From Pyrodictiaceae archaeon (lineage in GTDB: Archaea; Thermoproteota; Thermoprotei_A; Sulfolobales; Pyrodictiaceae): 64,000 nt of DNA. The notes beneath the pieces are model-generated. The model was not told where the DNA came from, made no database searches, and worked only from the letters and a program-made list of their open reading frames with translations. Below, one piece after another: positions 39,910 to 49,589 of the stretch. Position 1 is the stretch's first letter; every line of letters begins with the position of its first letter. The stretch lies in assembly GCA_027036135.1 (NCBI GenBank), contig JALVSY010000030.1, forward strand, positions 1 to 64,000. Reading direction: 5' to 3'. A program made the position numbers and the translations under genes.

Positions 39910-40863
39910 CTACTTTTTCTTTTCCTGCAAGAATAATCTTATGCCCTCAATACTATCCATGAAGACGCCCTGGATCTGCTTGCTCCACGAGAGGCTCTCG
40001 TATAGCCGCCTTGCTAACTCATCGACCTCTAGTATCTTCTTTACTAATTCCTCTGAATCAGAACTGAGGTTCTTACTTATTATTTTGACCCACAGCTTTA
40101 CTTGCTCTCCATGCTTCTCCAAGAGGGCTCCGGGCCCCGGGCCTAGATGTGTTGGCGCAACCCACTCCGGGTTATACTTCTTCATTTTCTCAAGGCTCTC
40201 AAGGAAAGGCTCTAGCTTGAAAGGCGGCGGTGTTGTTGGTACGAGACCACCACTCAGGGGGTCATAAATCCCTGCTGAGTCTCCCGTAAATATTATCGTG
40301 TCCATTGGTAGCTCTAATACGATGCTCTGGTGATGGCTGGCGTGGCCCGGTGTATGGATTATCTCTAGCATGGTTTCTCCGAGCTCTACTTGTTCTCCAT
40401 CACTTGTAGGACGGAGACCATCCATCGTGTAGGGTACTGGTTCGCCGAACTCGTGGGCGCGTTCCCCGAGGACTTGCTGTGACGCCGCCCATAGCTTCGT
40501 GGGGTCTCTTAGGTGGCGTTCTCCCCTTGGGTGAACAAATGTCTCAACACTAAAGCCTCTCTGGGCTAGATACTCAGCTAGCCTTGCCGCGCCACCGCCA
40601 TGGTCTAGGTGGATATGGGTAAGCACTATGTAGACCTTGCTGGTGCCGCGGCAGAGTCTTGTCACGGTCTCTGCTACTTGGCTAGCGGCGTTACTCGGGC
40701 CCGAGTCTATTAGGGCGCACGCCTGCCTATCCTTGACCAAGTATGTTTTTATAAAGTCTATGTCAAGCAACCAAGGCGATGCATCAACGATATAGACCTT
40801 TGCTCCTAGCCCGCTTTCAACAAAGACAACTGAGGGTATGACCAAGGCCGGCATAGCACCCAT
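39910..40863 (-). CDS. MBL-fold metallo-hydrolase
   Basis: THIHLDHGGG, PGHASHH, TGD, PTH. Confidence 0.9.
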   Translation of the reverse strand: MGAMPALVIPSVVFVESGLGAKVYIVDASPWLLDIDFIKTYLVKDRQACALIDSGPSNAASQVAETVTRLCRGTSKVYIVLTHIHLDHGGGAARLAEYLAQRGFSVETFVHPRGERHLRDPTKLWAASQQVLGERAHEFGEPVPYTMDGLRPTSDGEQVELGETMLEIIHTPGHASHHQSIVLELPMDTIIFTGDSAGIYDPLSGGLVPTTPPPFKLEPFLESLEKMKKYNPEWVAPTHLGPGPGALLEKHGEQVKLWVKIISKNLSSDSEELVKKILEVDELARRLYESLSWSKQIQGVFMDSIEGIRLFLQEKKK

Positions 40864-41092
40864 TACTTCTTTGCAAATTATAGGCTCTTAGCCCTAATAA
40901 GTAGCATTCGAGAACCCGGACACGGCCGACAATGGCGTCATTGCCTAGGAAACACTTAGCACTATGCTATGTGTTGCGAAAGCATCAAGGAGGAGCGATG
41001 ACTTTAGAAGAGTGATGAAAAGAGCGTGCTACTCTATTCCCAAAAATAGTGTTAAGGACTACTAAATGAAAAGTGTTCTGATGCTTTGTTGT

Positions 41093-41344
41093 TTATAGCT
41101 GTGCATCAAGGGTAACTGTTATTGTCTTCGCCAGGTGCTCTGGCTTCGTGTACCACTTGTCATAGGTATACTTCTTGCCCTTGAAGCTTAGCTCTACAAT
41201 CTCTCCCTTATCGCTGATATTCATTACGGTGTCTCCGTCCTTTACTAGCTTGAGCGTCGAGCCTACTAGGAGTGCCTTGAGGCCTTTCTCCTGTAGCTTG
41301 GGCTTTATGAGGTCCCTTACCTTTGAGAGGTACTCGCTGGGCAT
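41093..41344 (-). CDS. Small Lys-rich hypothetical protein
   Basis: Strong RBS GGAGGAG, upstream TATA-like TTAATAA, natural composition. Confidence 0.7.
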   Translation of the reverse strand: MPSEYLSKVRDLIKPKLQEKGLKALLVGSTLKLVKDGDTVMNISDKGEIVELSFKGKKYTYDKWYTKPEHLAKTITVTLDAQL

Positions 41345-41442
41345 TCTTCTCCTCCTCCGACGAGGCGGTGGAGGTGTTGCTACTTTATTAAGCCTTGCCC
41401 CCTTATACCCTCTGCGAAGAATTTATTGAGAAGCCGTGGCTG

Positions 41443-42444
41443 TTATGCTCCCCACTCTGTGGTCTTCTCAACTATGGAGCGGAATAGCTTGACTGCTGTG
41501 AGCTTTTCTGCCTCGTAGCCCTTCATCTCGGCTAGCTTTACTGAGGCCAGCCCAGCTATCCATGTGCCCCACACCATCTTCGATACAGTGTTTGTACCGC
41601 GCAGCTTCTCTACGTAGAAGTCAGCGGGTCTCGCTAGGCCCATGAACTCCTCTAATAACTTGCTCCAAGGCTCCTCAACGGGATCTATTACTAGGAAGTT
41701 GTAGCGCGCCTCATTGCTCCATCCCTCTAGTATATTATGACCCGACTCTGGTACATGCGAGGCATCGCTCGCAGACTTCGCGTTTTCTGCTAGCTCGCTC
41801 CTCGTCCTCACAGCAACGGGATAGTAGGGAGCCGGCGCCAACACTACTAAATTGCCCTGTACAGCCTTGAGCCACGAGGCTGTCTCAGAGGCCTGGTTCT
41901 CGGCTTCCCTGCGCTCGCTGAGGAGGCGGAGAGACTCCTCGATATCGGGGCCCGGTGTATTCAACAAACCATTACCCACTAGGCTACCTAGCAACGTGTA
42001 GAAGAGCTGAGGCCAACCAGCACGAGGCGCCGGGGCCTGCTCAACTATGGCTACAGGGAGGTTTCTCTCCCTCGCCCACGCTGCTAGCTTGCCACCAGTC
42101 GTGACTGCTACGACACGACCGCCCAGCTCGTAGCTCCTCCTCGCACAGTTGAGCGTCTCCCTCGTGTTGCCAGAGAAGCTGACAGCATAGACTAGGGCGC
42201 CGCGACTAACCCAGTGAGGGGGCTCAGCCTCCTTTAGCGAGACTATCACGGAGCCACCGTACCTTGCAGCGAGTACTGCTAGGTAGTCGCCAGCAGCCCC
42301 GCTCCCACCCATACCACATACGAGTACAAGGCTGCTCGCTGCGTAGCTGGCTGGGAGCCCGAGCGATAGGCCTGATAAATAGGCTCGGCGTGCTGGCTCC
42401 TCCCAGGAAAGATAGTACTCATAGAACCCATTCAAGCCTAGCAC
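41443..42444 (-). CDS. Bifunctional phosphoglucose/phosphomannose isomerase (SIS)
   Basis: CGMGGSG, SFSGNTRET, TTGGKL, ENAK, PESGHN. Confidence 0.85.
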   Translation of the reverse strand: MLGLNGFYEYYLSWEEPARRAYLSGLSLGLPASYAASSLVLVCGMGGSGAAGDYLAVLAARYGGSVIVSLKEAEPPHWVSRGALVYAVSFSGNTRETLNCARRSYELGGRVVAVTTGGKLAAWARERNLPVAIVEQAPAPRAGWPQLFYTLLGSLVGNGLLNTPGPDIEESLRLLSERREAENQASETASWLKAVQGNLVVLAPAPYYPVAVRTRSELAENAKSASDASHVPESGHNILEGWSNEARYNFLVIDPVEEPWSKLLEEFMGLARPADFYVEKLRGTNTVSKMVWGTWIAGLASVKLAEMKGYEAEKLTAVKLFRSIVEKTTEWGA

Positions 42445-42545
42445 CGAGTCTTATTAGCCACTAGCCTAGATACTTAAACAAAAATGAGGAACCAGCGTAG
42501 TGTATTCAGCGCTAAACACGTGACTATATAGAGCTACCTTGATTA

Positions 42546-43118
42546 CTAGACGCAGAATCCTAGCTCGCGTAGCTTGTGAACGACGAACTTCTTGTCCTCC
42601 TCCGGTAATAGTTCTACGTCTCTCCTGATTATCCTCTCGTCTATGCGCAGCCTCCCCGAGTCTATGTACTCCTTGACTATCCTTAGGTCCTCTATGTCGG
42701 GTTCGCGGGCAGCCTTTGCCTTCAAAACTATGTAGTCCTCGGGCCTGATGACGCGGATACTAGCACCGCTGATCTGCTTCGTGGACGCATTCTCTATTAT
42801 CTCGAGCGGGATATAGAAGTCGTGGATGTTCTCGTAAAACTCCGTTATTACTTCCTCGCCACTAGGAAGCCTTATGACGAACTTTGGTGTGCCCAGGGCT
42901 GTGTAGCTCATCTGCCAGCTATTACGAAACGCTATCTCCCTATACTGATCCTCCTCTATTAAGGGGCTTGGCTCGAGGACGAAGAAGTCTAAATCATCCT
43001 CGAATGATTTACGGCGAAGCTCTAGGTCGATAACAGTGCTCCCAATTATTACGCCGCGTATACCTTCTTCCTCAAGCTTCTTGACTAGCCACGCTATATC
43101 CTTTAATGTATAGGCCAA
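42546..43118 (-). CDS. Nucleotidyltransferase-fold protein (DUF2204-like)
   Basis: IIGS...DDLDFFV, PEDYIVLKAKAAREPDIEDL. Confidence 0.75.
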   Translation of the reverse strand: MAYTLKDIAWLVKKLEEEGIRGVIIGSTVIDLELRRKSFEDDLDFFVLEPSPLIEEDQYREIAFRNSWQMSYTALGTPKFVIRLPSGEEVITEFYENIHDFYIPLEIIENASTKQISGASIRVIRPEDYIVLKAKAAREPDIEDLRIVKEYIDSGRLRIDERIIRRDVELLPEEDKKFVVHKLRELGFCV

Positions 43119-43294
43119 GACTGGGCGCCTCCGCTCTGCTTACTAGGGCGAAAACAATGTATTCCCGGGAGGCTTGACTATTGTTCTCTCTGTTTTTAGC
43201 TTGTGTGCTACAAGGCGTAGGGAAGCCTCGCTAGGACTATACTGTGCGACGATGCGCTAGGGGGCTTGCCCTCTTCCGTGTAGTATAAAAATAC

Positions 43295-44809
43295 TTGTAC
43301 TTTGCGAGAATCTGTGCTCGGGGGAATGTTGTAGATATGAGGAAACAGTTCATTCTCTCCCTTAGCCCTGCAGAGGCTCGGCGTTTACTCGGCTCGCTAC
43401 AAGACATGCTGCGCCGTGTCTCAGTCGTGGACGAGGTCGGAAGCAACTATGTGACGGTAGTGGTTCCTAAGGGTAGGCGTGGCACCGAGAAGGTACGACT
43501 ATTAATGGATATATACGAGACCGAGAACAGTACCGCAGCCATACTCTATAGCGATACCGATATGATGTTCATAGACATTACCGCTACTAGGCAAGGAGTA
43601 CAGACATCTATCACAGTTACTTGTCAAGGCGTAGGCCGGGTAGAGAAAATCATCGATACCCTTGGAAACGAGCTAGCGAATCTCGTGAGAACCCGGCTCG
43701 AGAACGCTTATCCCTCAACAGATATAAACGAAGAGGATAATAAGCTTGCAGCCCTCGAGAAGTCCCCACCGCTACTCACAACGCTTGTCTACTACGATTC
43801 CTTCATCCCTGTATTCAACGTCGTCCTCGAATCTGCTCTAAGGGTTCTATCAGCTCTGGGCCCAGATCACTACCTAGTCGAAGTTGAGAGCCTGGATGAG
43901 CGCGAGCCGTTCACGCTCCGCCTCGTCGTGAGAGAGAACAAGGTTACCGGTCTCTATGCAGAGCTTCCTGGCCAGCGTCTACGCGGGGATAGCGTCCTCT
44001 ATGCTAACTTTCCTCTGGCTAGGAGGGTCAATGTAAAGGCTTGGGCCCTTTACGGCGGCAGGGAGACAGTTGTCTACGCACCACTGGAGTTAACGAGTAG
44101 TGGAGACCACAGAGTATACTGGGTCTCGGTGAAGGGCTGCGCTGCATGCGGCGGATTATTATCTAATGGCTTCATGGTCGTTGATCGGAGAGAAGCCGTT
44201 CTCATCAACCCTGCTGCCCTCGAGGAGAGACACATAATTCACATAGAGGAGCTCTTACAAGGCCTTGATAACCTTAGACACATAGTCTTAACACATGTTG
44301 AGGCAGACCTCATAGCAGGTATCGAGACAATATTGTCCCATAACCCCAGGGTCTATATCCACGCGCCACCTTACCACGCCAGTCTGCTAAACTCAGCAAT
44401 TCGCCAAATAAGTGCCAACATAAAGACGCTGCCACTACGCGAGTCGGAGACCAACACGGGACGAACAAGACTACTAGTACTAGAGGGAGCAGCTAACTCG
44501 CCGCACAACATAGCGCTCTACGACCCAGCGTCAAAGGTGTTATTCGCCGGGGTTACACTGGGCTCTATTACTCCCCCCGGACTATGGGCTCCATTTGTAA
44601 GCGATGTGGAGGAGTACTTGAAGACTGTTGTCCCCTACGTGACGCACCTAGTTAACATCAGCAAACTAAGAGCTTGGACCGAGAGAGTGAGCAAGCTAGA
44701 CGTCGAGATAATAGCTCCTCATTACGGGCCACTGGTTATTGGTAGGGATGAAGTGCGCTCCGTAATTGCTAGGCTAAGAGAACTCGCAGACCTACTAAGC
44801 AGCGCATAG
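43295..44809 (+). CDS. Multidomain protein: N-terminal alpha/beta domain, DUF2226-like module, degenerate FprA/ODP-like MBL domain
   Basis: SNGFMVVD...AVLINP, THVEADL, LYDPASKVLF, IIAPHYGP. Likely start ATG at 43337. Confidence 0.65.
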   Translation: MYFARICARGNVVDMRKQFILSLSPAEARRLLGSLQDMLRRVSVVDEVGSNYVTVVVPKGRRGTEKVRLLMDIYETENSTAAILYSDTDMMFIDITATRQGVQTSITVTCQGVGRVEKIIDTLGNELANLVRTRLENAYPSTDINEEDNKLAALEKSPPLLTTLVYYDSFIPVFNVVLESALRVLSALGPDHYLVEVESLDEREPFTLRLVVRENKVTGLYAELPGQRLRGDSVLYANFPLARRVNVKAWALYGGRETVVYAPLELTSSGDHRVYWVSVKGCAACGGLLSNGFMVVDRREAVLINPAALEERHIIHIEELLQGLDNLRHIVLTHVEADLIAGIETILSHNPRVYIHAPPYHASLLNSAIRQISANIKTLPLRESETNTGRTRLLVLEGAANSPHNIALYDPASKVLFAGVTLGSITPPGLWAPFVSDVEEYLKTVVPYVTHLVNISKLRAWTERVSKLDVEIIAPHYGPLVIGRDEVRSVIARLRELADLLSSA

Positions 44810-44820
44810 GCCAAGGAGAG

Positions 44821-45441
44821 GTGAGCGTGATGGCAGAGGGTGTTCCTCGCTTAGAGTTCAAGGGACTAGGCCCCTTCATACGTTATGGAGATATACAAGC
44901 CGCTCTCAGGAGAAGCAGGAGAGTAACAGTATCGATAGACCTTGATGCAGAGCCCCTCCTAGAGACCTGGGCTCGGAAACACCTCATAAAGGTACAGAAA
45001 ATGAGTGAAGGGATATACCTCCTTGCCTTCGAGGAGGCTAGCCTCGAGAAGCCAGCAGCGAGGCTAGAGATACCGGACTATATTCCCCAGGACCTTGCGA
45101 GGCTAGTGCCCTCGCCTACGATCACTAAGTGGAGGCGTGACCTCTCCGAGAAGCTAGCTGATCCCGCGCAGCTACTAGGTCTCGTCCTCAGAGCGCAGAC
45201 ACTATACCGTGGACCTGCCCGGGGAGAAGAGTTTGAGGACCTTCTTCGCAGAGAGGATCCCGTGCTACTAAAGGCAACCATTGATGGAAACGACGTGGTA
45301 CTGGTTATTAGGCATGGCGACGTAATAGCAGGAGCACGTATAAATAATGCGCTAACAGAGACGGAGGCAAAAGCTATCCTGCAGCGCGTGCTCCGAGAAG
45401 GCCTAAGCGTAACGATATACGATGTAGCCGCGCTCATCTAG
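44821..45441 (+). CDS. TusA-like N-terminal domain plus DUF2226-like C-terminal module
   Basis: LEFKGLGP...LETWAR...YLLAF; LVIRHGDVIAG...VTIYDV. Confidence 0.5.
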   Translation: MSVMAEGVPRLEFKGLGPFIRYGDIQAALRRSRRVTVSIDLDAEPLLETWARKHLIKVQKMSEGIYLLAFEEASLEKPAARLEIPDYIPQDLARLVPSPTITKWRRDLSEKLADPAQLLGLVLRAQTLYRGPARGEEFEDLLRREDPVLLKATIDGNDVVLVIRHGDVIAGARINNALTETEAKAILQRVLREGLSVTIYDVAALI

Positions 45442-46070
45442 GGTAGCTGGAACACTATTTTCTCATAGCCTCCGGTCCTGCCACCCCTCCTACCATATAT
45501 TGCTACGACATTATCGCCGACGATGTCCCAGTCCTCGTTACCGGGGCCCATGTCGACCTCAAGCACCCTGGAGCCCGGCGGAAATATCCAGTAGGCCTCA
45601 TAGTTATACTCTATTGGTTCCTGCTCGTAACGGTTCTCATAGGTGTTCCTCCCGGGCCGGAGAGGGGCGCGGAACCGGAGCCCAAACACTATGAAGACGC
45701 GGTCTCGGCGACCCCTAAACCCTATATCGACCAGGACAACGCGTGGACGGACACGCTCTCCATTAACGAGTACCTCCTCTTTATTAACTAGCTCCTGCAT
45801 ATTGTAGGCGAGAGACGCTGTTTCCTCCTCATAGAGCTTCTCGTCACGCAGCACAGCGTCATAGTACCCCATGGGGTCTATATAGTCAAATACAATATAG
45901 TAGGCAATGTAGCGGTAACCGACATAGAAGAAGCCCTGGGCATGAACCGGGGTTACGGCCTCACCAGCCTCTCTCAAGAAACTCTCTCTAAGCACACGCC
46001 GTGGGCCACGTCGCCCCAAGTCGCTGACACCGCTGAAAAATAATCGAGCCAGCCAAGGATAGCGCTTCAA
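45438..46070 (-). CDS. Hypothetical protein
   Basis: Long ORF coupled (4-nt overlap) to the DUF2226 gene. Confidence 0.65.
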   Translation of the reverse strand: MKRYPWLARLFFSGVSDLGRRGPRRVLRESFLREAGEAVTPVHAQGFFYVGYRYIAYYIVFDYIDPMGYYDAVLRDEKLYEEETASLAYNMQELVNKEEVLVNGERVRPRVVLVDIGFRGRRDRVFIVFGLRFRAPLRPGRNTYENRYEQEPIEYNYEAYWIFPPGSRVLEVDMGPGNEDWDIVGDNVVAIYGRRGGRTGGYEKIVFQLP

Positions 46071-46789
46071 GGGGCTAAATAGATCTTACAATTCATTGGC
46101 TCCTCGAGTTCCTCGACATGATTGCCATTTACATCGGCTGCTGCACAACCATTACTTGTACAGACAACATTAATGATGCGGTTATGCCGGGTAATGCACC
46201 TAGCATAGGCTACACTATATGACCCGCGGCTCTCGCTAAGTGCCGCTATGACTTTGCTAAGCCTATCACTACTTATCTCTGTGCTTTTCTCAGCATGTAG
46301 AACAATACGTAGCAATGCCGCAACGTCCCGGGCAAGGCTTAGGGCCTCATGGCTGAACCCGATACGGGGCTCCTCGCTAGGCGTACCCTGTGCATGGCTG
46401 GCCTCAATGGCTTGGGACACTGGCTTTTCTCCAAGAAGCTGCTCTACGCTGAGCCCTGGTACACGGGCATTAGGGGCATACTCTAGGTCGACTCGTATCT
46501 TTTCATCATTGAGCTGGATGACTTCAACGTATCCGTTTCTCTCCCCGAGCTTCTCGCGGAGCAGCTTAATGGCCTCTTCTCCCCTTATTATGTTCCCGCT
46601 CGTCTTCTCTTCGGCCATTACCGCTACTATTCTACCCCTTTGAAGCTCGAGTTCTATAGTATAGTTATCAAGGTATATGACTAGTCTTCCACTAAACCCT
46701 CTCGCTGCATAATCCTTTATAATGCTCTGCAAATCCTCTTCGAACAAGTTATGGAATTTTATGGTCTTGCCGCGACTAAGGAACAGCAC
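46067..46789 (-). CDS. DUF2226-like domain protein
   Basis: FSGRLVI...GRIVAV...GEEAI...YVEVIQL pattern. Confidence 0.65.
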   Translation of the reverse strand: MLFLSRGKTIKFHNLFEEDLQSIIKDYAARGFSGRLVIYLDNYTIELELQRGRIVAVMAEEKTSGNIIRGEEAIKLLREKLGERNGYVEVIQLNDEKIRVDLEYAPNARVPGLSVEQLLGEKPVSQAIEASHAQGTPSEEPRIGFSHEALSLARDVAALLRIVLHAEKSTEISSDRLSKVIAALSESRGSYSVAYARCITRHNRIINVVCTSNGCAAADVNGNHVEELEEPMNCKIYLAP

Positions 46790-46932
46790 CTCTTTTTCAC
46801 CGACGCACTAGCCCAAGCTAAGCTAATCCACTAGCTAAAGTAAAGAACGTAGAGAAAAATAAACAATATGTCCTAGTCATGGATTAAACAAATGAGATAG
46901 AAAGAAGCACTGAACAAAATAATTATACCTGG

Positions 46933-47292
46933 TTAGAGAGCAGCCTTTATCCGGTCCTTCTGCTTCTTCATCTCATACCTTATTCTGCCAAGGTAAGCCG
47001 TCCTATCAGATATGACCGTAAATACTGCTTCACCAAGGTCTTCTAGGAGTACATAGCTGTTAGCGTACTCTAGGATGACCATATCCATGTCTCCTAGTTT
47101 CAGCTCTGAGCCCATTCTATCAGCTGCACCATAGACAGTGGTTATCATCGCTGCCAACGCGTCGAGGTCTATCTCCAGCCCACCGGGTGTTGAGGCCTCT
47201 ATGACGAAGCCGTCTTTGCTCACGATTATTGCTCCGCGCACACCCTGTATACGTGTAAACTCTGCGACAATTGTTTGGAGCGGGGAGGACAT
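46933..47292 (-). CDS. Roadblock/LC7 (MglB-like) protein
   Basis: GVRGAIIVSKDGFVI, LAAM, ELKLGDM, LGRIRYEM. Confidence 0.92.
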   Translation of the reverse strand: MSSPLQTIVAEFTRIQGVRGAIIVSKDGFVIEASTPGGLEIDLDALAAMITTVYGAADRMGSELKLGDMDMVILEYANSYVLLEDLGEAVFTVISDRTAYLGRIRYEMKKQKDRIKAAL

Positions 47293-47405
47293 GGCCCTCT
47301 TTCCTCTCTGCTACTCTTCCACAATATGCAAACCCACTTACAAGTATTAAAAATGTCTTAGGCTCTTATATTAGTATTTTAGCCCCATATTTACTAATAT
47401 CGATA

Positions 47406-48015
47406 TTATGAGTGCAGCGGCAATATCTCTTCAACAATTATTGTCAAGGGCTCGCTCTCGCTTCGAGGAAGCAGAGTAGTTACATTAACCCTAGCCCTAG
47501 GATTCCTCTCAAGAAGCATCTTCCTAACAATAGCAGCCACTATCATCGCCTCAGGGCTTAACGGGTACTCACGGAGCCCCCCTCTTTACAAGAACCTTGT
47601 GAACAGGCATAAACATACTATCCTTTATCTCCACCCTGTAGCGGCGAAGCTTCCTACCATGCTTCTCCACGTCTTCAAGCCTCTCAACCCTAACCTCTTT
47701 CGCTATACCAAGCTTCTTGAGAACATCAGCTATTAGCTCATGGGGCTCAGATACATTATAACTTATTTTACCCTCAAGCTCGCCTAGAACCTCAAGTATA
47801 AGGTCACCTATCTCGCCGAGAAGCATCTGCGTCATAGCACCAGCTCCAGCACTACCAAGGGCACGATAAAGAGCCATTTGGTAACCAGCAAGTATAGCAT
47901 AGCCAACCATATCCAATTTCTTCCTATCCCTCCACTCAGTATTCACGCCTTCATACTCAGATATCATTGTTCGGGCCTCCATCCGGACACCCTTTTTATC
48001 TAACTTATTAAACAT
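47406..48015 (-). pseudogene. V4R-like protein with a +1 frameshift in a G6 run
   Basis: Removing one G at 47577-47582 extends the ORF (KRGLREYPLSPEAMIVAAIV...LPLHS*) to 47406. Confidence 0.55.
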
Positions 48016-48327
48016 AGCTAGAACCCCATATAATATCTTTTGATAAATAAATAAGCACCTATATTATTTCCATGACGAGTACCATATATCATATAGGGTA
48101 TAAATCATCTGCGCACTCCATGTACATGAGCATATTCATAGACGGGCTCCCATAGTATAGCAATGCACTAAAAGCAAGCATATTACTAAATCACAAGCTA
48201 CAATGCTTCATGAAATCTTTTCAGGAAATGAAAGTAGTTACAAATAAAGTAATACACCCACCACTCAAACCAAAAGAACAATGTACAAGTGCCTTTCGCT
48301 TTCCTAGCGTCTTCGCAGTAGAATTAG

Positions 48328-48402
48328 TGGGCCCGGGGGGATTCGAACCCCCGACCTCCCGGTTATCAGCCGGGCGCTCTAACCGGGCTGAGCTACGGGC
48401 CC
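48328..48402 (-). tRNA. tRNA-Ile: tRNA-Ile(GAT), no intron, CCA not encoded
   Basis: GGGCCCG acceptor stem, anticodon arm CCCGG-CTGATAA-CCGGG, GGTTCGAATCC T-loop. Confidence 0.97.
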
Positions 48403-48620
48403 GTTCCCAGGTATAGTGGTGTTCTCTCACCATATAAGGGGCTATTTTTATCTTCACTTTCTTCCAGGTAAGATATACAGCCTTACTTCTTCTTGGTTAC
48501 TTTGTTACTTTAAGAAGTATTTGTTAGGAGACTCCATGTTTCGGTGAACCCTAGCTATTTATTTTATTGATTGGATTTAGCAGAAGCTATTTTTGTTATC
48601 TCATATAACTTTTAGTATGA

Positions 48621-49589
48621 GTGGCGGGGCGAATGGAGACTTCCTTGCTTCTTGAGGCTAGGCAGAGTGCTGTGAGCGATATAGAAGTTTATTCAAAGCT
48701 TATCGCTATGACTGTTGTTGGTGTAGAGGAGGCCATAGGTAGTAACATGGTTGGTGGCTTCGTGAACCTGGTAGCGCGCAAGCTTGAAGAAGAGCTAGGA
48801 GTGCAACGTGGGAGCAATGTCCGCGAACTACTTGAATGGATTAATAAAAATACGGTACTTAGGCTCAATACTTATCGTGTTAAGGACCAACTTGTGCGCG
48901 ACGAGGAGAAGGGGCCTGCTTTCTATATGATTGCCTATGAGTGTCCAGTACGCCAGATACTTTACTTAGAGGATCTGCCTGGTGGCAGGGCACTATGTAT
49001 GATTATATGTCGTTTCCTTAGCAGATTGCTGTCGGGTGGTCTTGGCTCTAGTTGCAGGGTTGAACCAGCTCGGATTGGGCCTAATGCATGTCTTCTCCGA
49101 GTCGGTATTAGCAACTCTGTTAGGGAGAGGGTTAAGGAGCTTGATGTTACCTCTAGGAGCCCTGATATTAAGGAGTATGAGGAGTTATTGAGAAGGTTCT
49201 TCTCGGCTCTTCTCCGTAGCATAGGCTGGGCGCTTAATACGCTACTTGGTGGGAACCCTGCTATGAGTTACAGAGCAGGGAAGAGCTACGGAAGGCTTGT
49301 TGGAGCCTCTATTCTTGCACAGGGTTATGAGGCTAGTTCCCTAGATGAGGCGGTCAACATATTTAATTCTTCTATGAAAAGCTTGATAAGCATACGTATA
49401 AGTGGCTCCGCGATAGTTATCGAGAAGAGCTGGTTCGATGAAATAATTGAAAAGGAGGCAATAAATCACTCAGAGTTCATTAAAAGAGTTGTCCAAGGCT
49501 TTATCGCAGGCTCTCTCGAGACGCTACTTGCAAAACGAGTTGATCTACGCTCCCTAGGTGATAACAAGTTCGAGGTGATAATACGGTGA
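48621..49589 (+). CDS. Tandem V4R-like domain protein
   Basis: YECPVR...ALC...C...ACLL in domain 1; YRAGKSYG...GFIAGSLE in domain 2. GTGA overlap with the hydrogenase small subunit. Confidence 0.65.
   Translation: MAGRMETSLLLEARQSAVSDIEVYSKLIAMTVVGVEEAIGSNMVGGFVNLVARKLEEELGVQRGSNVRELLEWINKNTVLRLNTYRVKDQLVRDEEKGPAFYMIAYECPVRQILYLEDLPGGRALCMIICRFLSRLLSGGLGSSCRVEPARIGPNACLLRVGISNSVRERVKELDVTSRSPDIKEYEELLRRFFSALLRSIGWALNTLLGGNPAMSYRAGKSYGRLVGASILAQGYEASSLDEAVNIFNSSMKSLISIRISGSAIVIEKSWFDEIIEKEAINHSEFIKRVVQGFIAGSLETLLAKRVDLRSLGDNKFEVIIR

Noticed and set aside
40980-41090. C/D sRNA suggested by GCGATGA and GTGATGA
   Set aside because: No properly spaced CTGA D boxes or terminal stem.
48328-48402. 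tRNA-Ile as the attachment site of an integrated element
   Set aside because: No duplicated tRNA 3' end or integrase was seen in the window.
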